Source: an uncultured Bacteroidia bacterium
GTDB lineage: Bacteria; Bacteroidota; Bacteroidia; Palsa-948
Length of the DNA: 64,000 bases
Assembly (NCBI GenBank): GCA_964481195.1
Contig: CAYZTB010000009.1
Coordinates: forward strand, 11,047-75,046
Reading direction: 5' to 3'
Of this stretch, positions 45,791-54,408 are shown in pieces (the stretch's first letter is position 1; every line of letters starts with the position of its first letter). The translations under genes were made by a program, and so were the position numbers. A model generated the notes under the pieces. It had not been told where the DNA came from. It saw nothing but the letters and a program-made list of their open reading frames with translations, and searched no databases.

Positions 45791-48163
45791 ATGAAACGAT
45801 CAATTAAAAAAGTTGCTGTGCTTGGCTCAGGCGTAATGGGTTCTCGTATTGCTTGTCATTTTGCAAATATTGGAGTAGAGGTATTACTTCTCGATATTGT
45901 CCCAAAAGATGCCGCGGCAGATAAAAAATCTCGCAATAAAATTGTGAACGATGCATTAACTTTTGCGTTGAAGTCAAACCCTTCGCCAATTTATCAAAAG
46001 TCGTTTGCAAATAGAATTACAACAGGCAATTTTGAGGACGATATGGAAAATATCGCGACTTGCGATTGGATTATTGAAGTAGTTGTGGAAAGATTAGATA
46101 TTAAGAAAATTGTTTTTGATCAGGTAGAAAAATTTAGAAAACAGGGAACGCTTATTACATCCAACACCTCAGGCATTCCAATTAATTTAATGCTGGAAGG
46201 AAGAAGCGAAGATTTTCAAACACATTTTTGTGGTTCTCACTTTTTTAATCCACCTCGATATTTGAAGTTGTTGGAAATTATTCCTACTTCTAAAACTTCA
46301 AAAGAAGTAGTGGGCTTTTTAATGCATTATGGAGATTTGTATCTAGGAAAAACCACGGTGCTTTGTAAAGATACGCCTGCTTTTATTGCAAACCGTATTG
46401 GAGTATATGGCATTATGGCATTGTTTCATCTGGTGCAAAAAATGGAACTTACCGTTGAAGAAGTTGATAAACTTACTGGCCCGGTTTTAGGAAGGCCAAA
46501 GTCTGCTACGTTTCGTACCTGTGATGTAGTTGGACTAGATACGTTAGTGCATGTTGCAAACGGTTTAGCATCAAATCTTCCCAACGATGAGGCAAAAGAT
46601 TTATTTAAACTTCCTGCCTATGTGCAGAAGATGGTCGACAATAAATGGCTGGGCTCTAAAACAGAGCAAGGATTTTTCAAAAAAGTAAAAGGGGCGAAGG
46701 GAAGTGAGATTCATGCTTTGGATTTTAAATCGCTGGAGTATAAACTAGTACAGAAAGTAAAATTTGCTACGCTCGAATTAACAAAACCTATTGATGATTT
46801 AAAAGCAAGATTAAAAGTTTTAATTACCGGCAAAGATAAAGCAGGAGATTTTTACCGTGCCTCTTTCTTTGGGTTGTTTCAATATGTTTCCAATCGTATT
46901 CCGGAAATATCGGACGAGCTTTACAAAATTGATGATGCCATGAAAGCCGGTTTTGGCTGGGAGCTAGGGCCCTTTGAATATTGGGATGCGTTGGGAGTAA
47001 AAGAAACAGTTGCTTACATGGAAAAAGCAGGGCAAAAACCTGCGCAGTGGATTTATGATTTTATTGCTTCGGGTAAAACATCATTTTACGCAATAGAAAA
47101 AAACGCTAGAAATTATTACGACATCCCTACTAAATCATACAAATTAGTGCCGGGTACAGAAGAATATATTTCGCTGGAAATAATTCGCCCTACAAAAACA
47201 GTTTGGAAAAATTCGGGTGCTACCTTAACTGATATTGGAGACGGAATCGTGAATTTAGAGTGGAACACCAAGATGAATTCTATCGGTGGCGAAGTGATTC
47301 AAGGCATTAATACTTCAATCGAAATTGCTGAGAAGGATTTTCAAGGGTTAGTAATTTCTAACGAAGGAGCAAACTTTTCAGCAGGTGCAAACGTGGGAAT
47401 GATATTTATGTTTGCAGTAGAACAGGAATGGGATGAGCTTAACATGGCTATTAAGTTGTTCCAAAACACCATGATGCATATTCGCTATTCTTCAGTTCCA
47501 GTTGTTGTTGCGCCTCATAACCTAGCGTTAGGTGGAGCTTGTGAAATGAGCATGCATTCTGATAAAGTAATAGCACACGCAGAAACGTATATGGGCTTGG
47601 TTGAGTTTGGCGTAGGTTTAATTCCGGGTGGCGGAGGAACAAAAGAGTTTGCAGTCCGCCTTTCCGATGGTTTGCAAGATGGAGATATCGAGCTGAATAA
47701 TTTCCGTGACCGATTTTTAACAATAGGACAAGCAAAAGTTTCTACTTCTGCTAATGAAGCTTTTGGTTTAGGTTATTTACGAAAAGGAAAAGATTTAGTA
47801 GTGGTATCAAGAGCAAGATTGCTTGGCGATGCAAAAGCAGCCTGTTTAGATTTAGCAAAAGAGGGGTACAGCAAACCTGTACCAAGAAAAGATATTCGTG
47901 TTTTAGGAAAGCAAGCACTAGGACTGGCTTACTTAGGCGCTAACTCCATGCTCAGCGGACATTATATTTCAGAACACGATGTGAAAATATCTCAGAAGCT
48001 AGCCCACGTATTATGTGGAGGAGAACTATCTGCACCCACACTAGTTAGTGAACAATATTTACTCGATTTAGAGCGCGAAGCATTTTTAAGTTTGTGCGGT
48101 GAAAAGAAAACATTGGAAAGAATCCAATCTATATTAACAGGAGGAAAAGTATTGAGAAATTAG
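45791..48163 (+). CDS. 3-hydroxyacyl-CoA dehydrogenase / enoyl-CoA hydratase (FadN type)
   Basis: VLGSGVMG, SNTSGI, HFFNPPRY; C-terminal crotonase domain ALGGACE...GLVEFGVGLIPGGGG. Confidence 0.93.
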   Translation: MKRSIKKVAVLGSGVMGSRIACHFANIGVEVLLLDIVPKDAAADKKSRNKIVNDALTFALKSNPSPIYQKSFANRITTGNFEDDMENIATCDWIIEVVVERLDIKKIVFDQVEKFRKQGTLITSNTSGIPINLMLEGRSEDFQTHFCGSHFFNPPRYLKLLEIIPTSKTSKEVVGFLMHYGDLYLGKTTVLCKDTPAFIANRIGVYGIMALFHLVQKMELTVEEVDKLTGPVLGRPKSATFRTCDVVGLDTLVHVANGLASNLPNDEAKDLFKLPAYVQKMVDNKWLGSKTEQGFFKKVKGAKGSEIHALDFKSLEYKLVQKVKFATLELTKPIDDLKARLKVLITGKDKAGDFYRASFFGLFQYVSNRIPEISDELYKIDDAMKAGFGWELGPFEYWDALGVKETVAYMEKAGQKPAQWIYDFIASGKTSFYAIEKNARNYYDIPTKSYKLVPGTEEYISLEIIRPTKTVWKNSGATLTDIGDGIVNLEWNTKMNSIGGEVIQGINTSIEIAEKDFQGLVISNEGANFSAGANVGMIFMFAVEQEWDELNMAIKLFQNTMMHIRYSSVPVVVAPHNLALGGACEMSMHSDKVIAHAETYMGLVEFGVGLIPGGGGTKEFAVRLSDGLQDGDIELNNFRDRFLTIGQAKVSTSANEAFGLGYLRKGKDLVVVSRARLLGDAKAACLDLAKEGYSKPVPRKDIRVLGKQALGLAYLGANSMLSGHYISEHDVKISQKLAHVLCGGELSAPTLVSEQYLLDLEREAFLSLCGEKKTLERIQSILTGGKVLRN

Positions 48164-48164
48164 A

Positions 48165-48605
48165 GATTGAAGATTATTGATTTTAGATTACATGAATGCT
48201 GAAGAGTTAAAAAAACGAACGAAGCAATTTGCGCATAACTGTGTTGGTTTTTCAATGAAATTGCCACATGTTTACCTAGGGAATCATATTAAGGGACAGT
48301 TAATTAGATGCTCTACTTCAGTGGCTGCCAATTACAGAGCAGCATGTCGAGCGCAAACGAAGCCCAATTTTATGGATAAGCTTAGAATAGCCATAGAAGA
48401 AGCGGACGAATCAAATTTTTGGCTTGAATTTATTAAAGATGAGAAATTATTAGCTGAAAGTGATGTAAAAAATTTACTGCAAGAATCAGATGAGTTGGTT
48501 GCAATATTTGTTTCATCAAGAAAAACTGCTTCCAGTCAAAATTAATTGAAAAATAGATATTAATGTATTTAATCAAAAATCGTTATTCATAAATCTTAAA
48601 TTATA
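48165..48605. repeat. Inverted heptamer arrays flanking the four-helix-bundle gene
   Basis: Upstream GATTGAA GATTATT GATTTTA GATTACA (48165-48192); downstream AATCAAA AATCGTT ATTCATA AATCTTA AATTATA (48571-48605). Confidence 0.7.
48192..48545 (+). CDS. Four helix bundle protein (23S rRNA-IVP / Avd-like family)
   Basis: QLIRCSTSVAANYRAACRA...IAIEEADESNFWLE. Start reassigned to ATG 48192. Confidence 0.9.
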   Translation: MNAEELKKRTKQFAHNCVGFSMKLPHVYLGNHIKGQLIRCSTSVAANYRAACRAQTKPNFMDKLRIAIEEADESNFWLEFIKDEKLLAESDVKNLLQESDELVAIFVSSRKTASSQN

Positions 48606-49813
48606 TGAACGCATATATAGTATCAGCATTTCGTTCTGCAGTTGGCAAGGCCGGCCGCGGAGGTTTCAGATTTACTCGTCCGGATGATATTGCATCGGAT
48701 GTTATTAAACATTTAATGGCATCGGTGCCAAACGTGGCAGCCGAACAAGTTGATGATTTAATTGTGGGTAATGCCATGCCAGAAGCCGAGCAGGGCCTAA
48801 ACATGGGAAGACTAATTTCTTTGCTCGCATTTAATACAGATAAAGTTCCAGGTATGACAGTAAATAGATATTGTGCGTCTGGATTAGAAACGATTGCCAT
48901 AGCTAGTGCAAAAATTAATTCCGGTCAGGCTGAATGTATTATTGCAGGTGGAGTAGAAAGCATGAGCTTGATTCCGATGGGTGGTTGGAGAATAGTTCCT
49001 AATTACGAGGTTGCTAAAGTACATCCGGATTATTACTGGGGCATGGGACTTACTGCCGAAGCAGTTGCAAATGAATACAAAGTTTCGCGTGAGGATCAAG
49101 ATAAATTTTCTCTTAATTCTCATTTAAAAGCTATTGCAGCTATCAAAGAAGGAAAATTTAAAGATGAGATTGTGCCGATTAAGATTATGGAGACTTATTA
49201 TGAAGAAGCTGTTGACTCCTCCCCTTCGGGGAGGACGGGTGGGGCCAAAAAAACTAGGGAGTTTATTGTCGACACCGATGAAGGGCCACGTGCTGATACA
49301 AATATTGAAGCACTCGCAAAATTAAAACCTGTATTTGATGCAAGGGGTACAGTTACAGCCGGCAACTCTTCACAAACTAGCGATGGAGCAGCTTTTGTAA
49401 TGGTTGTAAGCGAGAAGTTTATGAAAGAAAATAAACTTACTCCCATTGCACGATTAGTCTCTTTTGCAGCAGCAGGAGTTCCTCCGCGTATTATGGGAAT
49501 AGGTCCTATTGCAGCTATACCAAAAGCATTAAAATTAGCAGGATTAAAACAAGACCAAATCGATTTAATAGAGTTGAACGAAGCCTTTGCTTCGCAATCA
49601 TTAGCAGTAGTGCGCGAGTTAAAGCTAAACCCTGAAATAATAAATGTTAATGGAGGTGCGATATCTTTAGGGCATCCACTTGGTTGCAGTGGAGCTAAAT
49701 TATCCGTTCAAATATTTAACGAGCTAAAAAGACGTAAGAAAAAATATGGCATGGTTACCATGTGTGTAGGAACCGGACAAGGAGCTGCTGGAATTTTTGA
49801 AATGATAAATTAA
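48605..49813 (+). CDS. fadA: Acetyl-CoA C-acyltransferase (thiolase)
   Basis: NRYCASGL, NEAFA, GGAISLGHPLG, MCVGTGQG. Confidence 0.93.
   Translation: MNAYIVSAFRSAVGKAGRGGFRFTRPDDIASDVIKHLMASVPNVAAEQVDDLIVGNAMPEAEQGLNMGRLISLLAFNTDKVPGMTVNRYCASGLETIAIASAKINSGQAECIIAGGVESMSLIPMGGWRIVPNYEVAKVHPDYYWGMGLTAEAVANEYKVSREDQDKFSLNSHLKAIAAIKEGKFKDEIVPIKIMETYYEEAVDSSPSGRTGGAKKTREFIVDTDEGPRADTNIEALAKLKPVFDARGTVTAGNSSQTSDGAAFVMVVSEKFMKENKLTPIARLVSFAAAGVPPRIMGIGPIAAIPKALKLAGLKQDQIDLIELNEAFASQSLAVVRELKLNPEIINVNGGAISLGHPLGCSGAKLSVQIFNELKRRKKKYGMVTMCVGTGQGAAGIFEMIN
49217..49246 (+). repeat. REP-like palindrome inside the thiolase gene
   Basis: TCCTCCCC-TTC-GGGGAGGA plus tail CGGGTGGGGCC, encoding SSPSGRTGGA. 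Confidence 0.8.
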
Positions 49814-49816
49814 ATC

Positions 49817-50731
49817 TTACAGAAAAATCCCAAAGCCAAGCAAAATAATTAAAGCAACAAAACTAATTAAAAGGGCAATTTTAATGAACTTCTGCGTGTT
49901 GGTTTGTTCAGCTTTTTTCTTGTGTTTTGTATAGGTGGAATCATCCTGATCGTAATCTCCTTTTTTAGGCTTTAGCATTCCGTTTTTAATACGGATAAGA
50001 TCAATAAAAAATAAAACAAAAAAACCTCCTAAGGTTAACATTTCCAGAATTCCTATTTCGGTGTATCCTAAATAAAAACGATGCGCTCCAAAAATTCCTA
50101 AAAATCCTGCCAGCAAAAAAGCTTTTCGTTTTGTGATAATTCTTTCTTTTTTTTGTTTTTGGTCAGATTCGTTAGATAGGGCAGTATCCCTGTACTTAGT
50201 AAAAAGCAGTAACGCAAAAATCCATATTCCAATAATGGCAAAGGGGGTTAGAATAAAAAATGTATTGGCAGCCCACAGTATATTGCTAAGTGAAAACAGG
50301 CCGTAGAAAAGTGCAGTAAGTACGGAGCCTACTGCTATTAGCAACAGCATTTTTACATCAGATGGAGTTTTTTCATTGTCCAAAGTTTTTTTCTTTTTTA
50401 CTTTGGGCAGTGCTTGTGTTTTATGTGTTCGCTCTGTTTTAGGTTTGAGATTTTTCTCATGTAAGCCTGATACTTTGTATTCTAATTGTAATTCTTTAAT
50501 GTTTTGAATTGTATTTGGAGCAGGGGCTTCGGGAACTGCCGAGGCCGAAGCGTCTTCCTGTATTAAAGACTCGGAATAAAATTTAGGAGTTTGTTTTACT
50601 GCGCTATGACTTTTTATTTTTTCAACCGATGAATTATAATATCCACTTCGATAAAGCCTCTTTTCAAAGTTGCAGGAATGCAAAAGCAATATTGCTAATA
50701 ATACAGCAGACGATTTTAAAATATATTTCAT
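49817..50731 (-). CDS. TM2-domain membrane lipoprotein
   Basis: Lipobox LHSC; AFLLAGFLGIFGAHRFYLG...LTLGG; additional TM helices. Confidence 0.8.
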   Translation of the reverse strand: MKYILKSSAVLLAILLLHSCNFEKRLYRSGYYNSSVEKIKSHSAVKQTPKFYSESLIQEDASASAVPEAPAPNTIQNIKELQLEYKVSGLHEKNLKPKTERTHKTQALPKVKKKKTLDNEKTPSDVKMLLLIAVGSVLTALFYGLFSLSNILWAANTFFILTPFAIIGIWIFALLLFTKYRDTALSNESDQKQKKERIITKRKAFLLAGFLGIFGAHRFYLGYTEIGILEMLTLGGFFVLFFIDLIRIKNGMLKPKKGDYDQDDSTYTKHKKKAEQTNTQKFIKIALLISFVALIILLGFGIFL

Positions 50732-50805
50732 GTATTATTTAGAATAGCCAAAAGTCGAAAAAATCGCGATACATTCAACCAGATAATATTCCAAAAGCAA
50801 ATTAA

Positions 50806-50887
50806 GCCATTAATTTGCACTAATTAACACCAATTTATCTTTCATTTGTCTCTGCCTGTTTCGTGTAAATTCGTGTTAATTAGTGGC
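50806..50887. repeat. Miniature inverted-repeat element built from 10-nt subunits
   Basis: GCCATTAATTTGCACTAATTAACACCAA (50806-50833) versus TTCGTGTAAATTCGTGTTAATTAGTGGC (50860-50887): 22/28 complementary. Confidence 0.75.
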
Positions 50888-51013
50888 GTTTTTGTTCATC
50901 AATCATTTGTATAGCGTGCTTAAAAAATAGTACAACAATAGTTTCAGTTTTTGTAGCTACAATAAAATGTACTTGTTCTTGAATACAACCCTAAAATAGC
51001 ATCAAAAAAATAG

Positions 51014-51021
51014 TAACTTTG
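51014..51021 (+). promoter_or_regulatory. -7 promoter element TAACTTTG
   Basis: Matches TAnnTTTG, 24 nt upstream of the acyl-CoA dehydrogenase start. Confidence 0.55.
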
Positions 51022-51045
51022 AATTAAACAAATACCATCCAATTT

Positions 51046-52839
51046 ATGTCTACCGAAACTAAATCAGCAGCTATTAAAGGCGGAGAATTTCTTATTAAAG
51101 ATACCGAGGCAAATGATATTTTTATTCCTGAGCAGTGGAACGAGGAGCAATTGATGATTGCACAATCGTGTACAGATTTTTTGGCACAAGAAGTTTGGCC
51201 TAACTTGGAAAAGATTGATAATCAGGAGGAAGGACTTATGGTTAAGCTTTTAGATAAAGCAGCAGAACTTGGACTGCTTGGGTTAAGTGTTCCTGAAGAA
51301 TTTGGTGGATTTGAAAAAGATTTTGTTACAGGCATGTTAGCTACCGAAAAATTGGGAGCTGGATATTCATTTGCAGTTTCCATTTCTGCACATACGGGTA
51401 TTGGAACATTACCAATTTTATATTATGGTAACGAAGCACAAAAGAAAAAATATATTCCGAATTTAGCGAATGGTAAATGGAAAGCTTGTTATTGTTTAAC
51501 AGAACCTAGCAGTGGATCGGACGCCAACTCTGGAAAAACCAAAGCGGTATTAACTCCCGATGGCAAGCATTATATTTTAAACGGACAAAAGATGTGGATT
51601 ACCAACGGTGGCTTTGCTGAAATATTTACGGTGTTTGCAAAAATTGATAACGATGAAAATCTTTCCGCATTTATCGTAGAGAAAAGCTTTGGTGGCATTA
51701 CGCTAAATCCGGAAGAGCATAAAATGGGTATCAAGGGATCTTCTACTCGTCAAGTATTTTTTAACGACTGTAAAGTTCCTATAGAAAATTTATTAAGCGA
51801 AAGACAAAGTGGATTTAAAATCGCTGTAAACATTTTAAACATTGGAAGAGTAAAATTAGCTGCTGCCGCACTGGGCGCTTCCAAAAAAGTTTCTGAGCAG
51901 TCAATTCAATATGCAAATGAGCGCAACCAGTTTGGCAGACCTATCTCTAAATACGGTGCTATTCGTTATAAATTAGCTGAACAGGCAATCCGCATTTATG
52001 CAACGGAAGCTGCGCTGTATCGTGCTACACAAAATATTGAAGATGCCATGAATGCACTTGCTGCAGGAGGCATGGAGCATGGTAAAGCATTATTAAAGGG
52101 AGTAGAACAATTTGCTCCCGAAGCTGCGATTTTAAAAGTTGCAGGTAGCGAAGTGTTGGATTATGTAGTAGATGAAGGCGTACAGATTTATGGTGGAATG
52201 GGTTATTCGGCCGATGCACCGATGGACAGAGCATACCGCGATTCTCGTATCAACAGAATATTTGAAGGTACTAATGAGATAAACAGAATGTTGATTGTGG
52301 ATATGATGCTTAAGCGCGCCATGAAAGGTGAATTAGATTTGATGGGGCCTGCAACTAAAGTAGCAAGTGAGCTTATGAGCATTCCAGATTTTGGTGCGGA
52401 GGATACGGCTCTGTTTTCGGCAGAGAAAAAATATTTGAAAAATTTTAAGAAAGCAATACTGATGACAGCCGGCAGCGCAGCACAAAAATTAATGATGGAG
52501 CTTGCCAAAGAACAAGAAGTGTTAATGAATATTGCAGATATGCTTATTGACCTTTACCTATCGGAATCTGTTTTATTAAGAGTAGAAAAATTAGTTGGTA
52601 TGCGTGGAGAAGATGCGTGCAAAGAGCAAATTGATATTATGCGCGTATATATAAATGATGCTGCTGATCGCATTAATAAAAATGGAAAAGAGGCGATAAC
52701 TTCTTTTGCGCAAGGCGATGAGCAGCGCATGATGCTGATGGGGTTAAAACGATTTACTAAAACGGAACCTTTTAATGCAAAGGATGCCAGAAGAAGAGTG
52801 GCAGCGAAGTTGATTTTAGAAGGGAAGTACTGCTACTAA
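51046..52839 (+). CDS. Acyl-CoA dehydrogenase
   Basis: CLTEPSSGSD, LNGQKMWITNG, EHKMGIKGSST, QIYGGMGY, RIFEGTNEI. Confidence 0.95.
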   Translation: MSTETKSAAIKGGEFLIKDTEANDIFIPEQWNEEQLMIAQSCTDFLAQEVWPNLEKIDNQEEGLMVKLLDKAAELGLLGLSVPEEFGGFEKDFVTGMLATEKLGAGYSFAVSISAHTGIGTLPILYYGNEAQKKKYIPNLANGKWKACYCLTEPSSGSDANSGKTKAVLTPDGKHYILNGQKMWITNGGFAEIFTVFAKIDNDENLSAFIVEKSFGGITLNPEEHKMGIKGSSTRQVFFNDCKVPIENLLSERQSGFKIAVNILNIGRVKLAAAALGASKKVSEQSIQYANERNQFGRPISKYGAIRYKLAEQAIRIYATEAALYRATQNIEDAMNALAAGGMEHGKALLKGVEQFAPEAAILKVAGSEVLDYVVDEGVQIYGGMGYSADAPMDRAYRDSRINRIFEGTNEINRMLIVDMMLKRAMKGELDLMGPATKVASELMSIPDFGAEDTALFSAEKKYLKNFKKAILMTAGSAAQKLMMELAKEQEVLMNIADMLIDLYLSESVLLRVEKLVGMRGEDACKEQIDIMRVYINDAADRINKNGKEAITSFAQGDEQRMMLMGLKRFTKTEPFNAKDARRRVAAKLILEGKYCY

Positions 52840-52894
52840 TAATTCTGTTTAACTTTTATTTTAGATTTTTTATTGATTACAATAGGGGTATTTG

Positions 52895-53323
52895 TTATTG
52901 AGAAATCTTCTCAGTAAGTACTTTAAATTTCCTTAGCTTTTTTCTATATAGTTTTTCTCCTTTCCTATAGTAAATATTTACTCCTTTAGTCAGGTTGGCA
53001 GGTTTTTGATTTACATCCGGACAAACATTACATTTTTCGGGTTGAAATAATGCGAAACTAAATGTTAGCTCACAATATCTTTTTTCAGTTTTATTGTAAG
53101 CAATGTGTATGGAGTGCTGTTCGGCAATAGTTATTACGGAGTCAATCATTAAACTATCACCTCTTTTGCTTTTTAATGCAATTTCATAATTCATAAACAC
53201 CCCAGAGCGTCCTCCAATCACTTTCTGACTAGTTGCTTTTGTTATTCTTACCTGCGAGTAAGACTGCACTGAGCAACAAACTAGTATAAGAAGGAATATC
53301 CTTGACAGTTTTTTTAATTTCAT
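52895..53323 (-). CDS. Hypothetical secreted basic protein
   Basis: 142-aa ORF with a signal peptide and a CNVC motif; family not recognised. Confidence 0.6.
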   Translation of the reverse strand: MKLKKLSRIFLLILVCCSVQSYSQVRITKATSQKVIGGRSGVFMNYEIALKSKRGDSLMIDSVITIAEQHSIHIAYNKTEKRYCELTFSFALFQPEKCNVCPDVNQKPANLTKGVNIYYRKGEKLYRKKLRKFKVLTEKISQ

Positions 53324-53570
53324 AGATGAGCGAATTTACTATTTGTAATTGACTTTACAAATTGAACTAAAAAGTATGATTTCAATCATGTTTGATTCAT
53401 AGGATATATTTTACTCAACAAGCAATATGTGTTTTTGAGCAGAAACAAATATTTTAGGTAAGAATAATAGTTTTTTAAAAATGTAAATAAATGATTATTT
53501 AGTTTGCGCTTTCATTATCTATACTTATCTTTATCAATCAAAAAATAAGACATATACTAAATATATAAAA

Positions 53571-54344
53571 ATGAAAAAAATATTACTCTCTACTTTACTA
53601 AGTTTTATTGTTGTGTTTGGCTTTGCTCAAACTACTGCAACTAATTTTACATGCAACGATTGTTCTGGTAACCCCCATACGCTCTTTAATGAGCTTGATG
53701 CAGGAAAAGTTGTAGTGCTCACATGGACAATGCCTTGCGGTTCTTGTGCAGGCCCAATTCAATCAGCAAATTCGGTTGCTCAAAGTTTTTCATCTAGTTA
53801 CCCTGGAAGAGTATTAGTGTATTTAGTGGATGATGTTGGAAACACCACTTGTGCTACCTTAACTTCATGGGCTAACTCCAATGGACTTTCAAGTTTAACC
53901 AAATTTTCAAATGCTGCTATTGATATGATGGATTATGGTTCAGTCGGAATGCCCAAGGTTGTTATTTTAGGAGGAGCAAATCACACAGTTTATTATAACG
54001 AAAATGATGCTGTTAATTCAGCAAATATGTCAACTGCTATTACGAATGCACTTAACGCTACAACAGCAGTTAAAGAAGAAAGTATCATTTCTTCTTATAA
54101 TGTTTTTCCAAATCCTGCCGTTAACACAACTACCATTTCATACGCACTAAGCAACGCATCGGATGTTACAATTGAAATTTATAATTTAGTTGGAGCAACA
54201 GTTCAAACTGTTTTTGCCGGCAAACAAGCAGCAGGCGTACAGCAAATGAAATTAGACTGCTCAAATCTTACAAATGGATTTTATTTTGTGAAAATAAAAA
54301 ATGGCAATAGTGGCAAAACATTAATGCTTTCAGTAGCAAATTAA
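53571..54344 (+). CDS. Thioredoxin-like protein with T9SS type A sorting domain
   Basis: Signal peptide; TWTMPCGSC; VFPNPA...LTNGFYFVKI. Confidence 0.82.
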   Translation: MKKILLSTLLSFIVVFGFAQTTATNFTCNDCSGNPHTLFNELDAGKVVVLTWTMPCGSCAGPIQSANSVAQSFSSSYPGRVLVYLVDDVGNTTCATLTSWANSNGLSSLTKFSNAAIDMMDYGSVGMPKVVILGGANHTVYYNENDAVNSANMSTAITNALNATTAVKEESIISSYNVFPNPAVNTTTISYALSNASDVTIEIYNLVGATVQTVFAGKQAAGVQQMKLDCSNLTNGFYFVKIKNGNSGKTLMLSVAN

Positions 54345-54366
54345 CAGTTTGTGCTCTAATATTAAT

Positions 54367-54399
54367 GACTTGCATAGCTACTATGCAGGTCTTTTTTTT
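54367..54399 (+). terminator. Intrinsic terminator
   Basis: GACTTGCATAG-CTA-CTATGCAGGTC followed by T8. Confidence 0.85.
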
Positions 54400-54408
54400 A
54401 ATGCAAGG

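Noticed and set aside
48192-48545. Avd-like gene as a sign of a diversity-generating retroelement
   Set aside because: No reverse transcriptase and no template/variable repeat pair seen in the window.
50806-50887. Short periodic repeats considered as a CRISPR remnant
   Set aside because: Units are 10 nt, inverted and without unique spacers; no cas genes are in the window.
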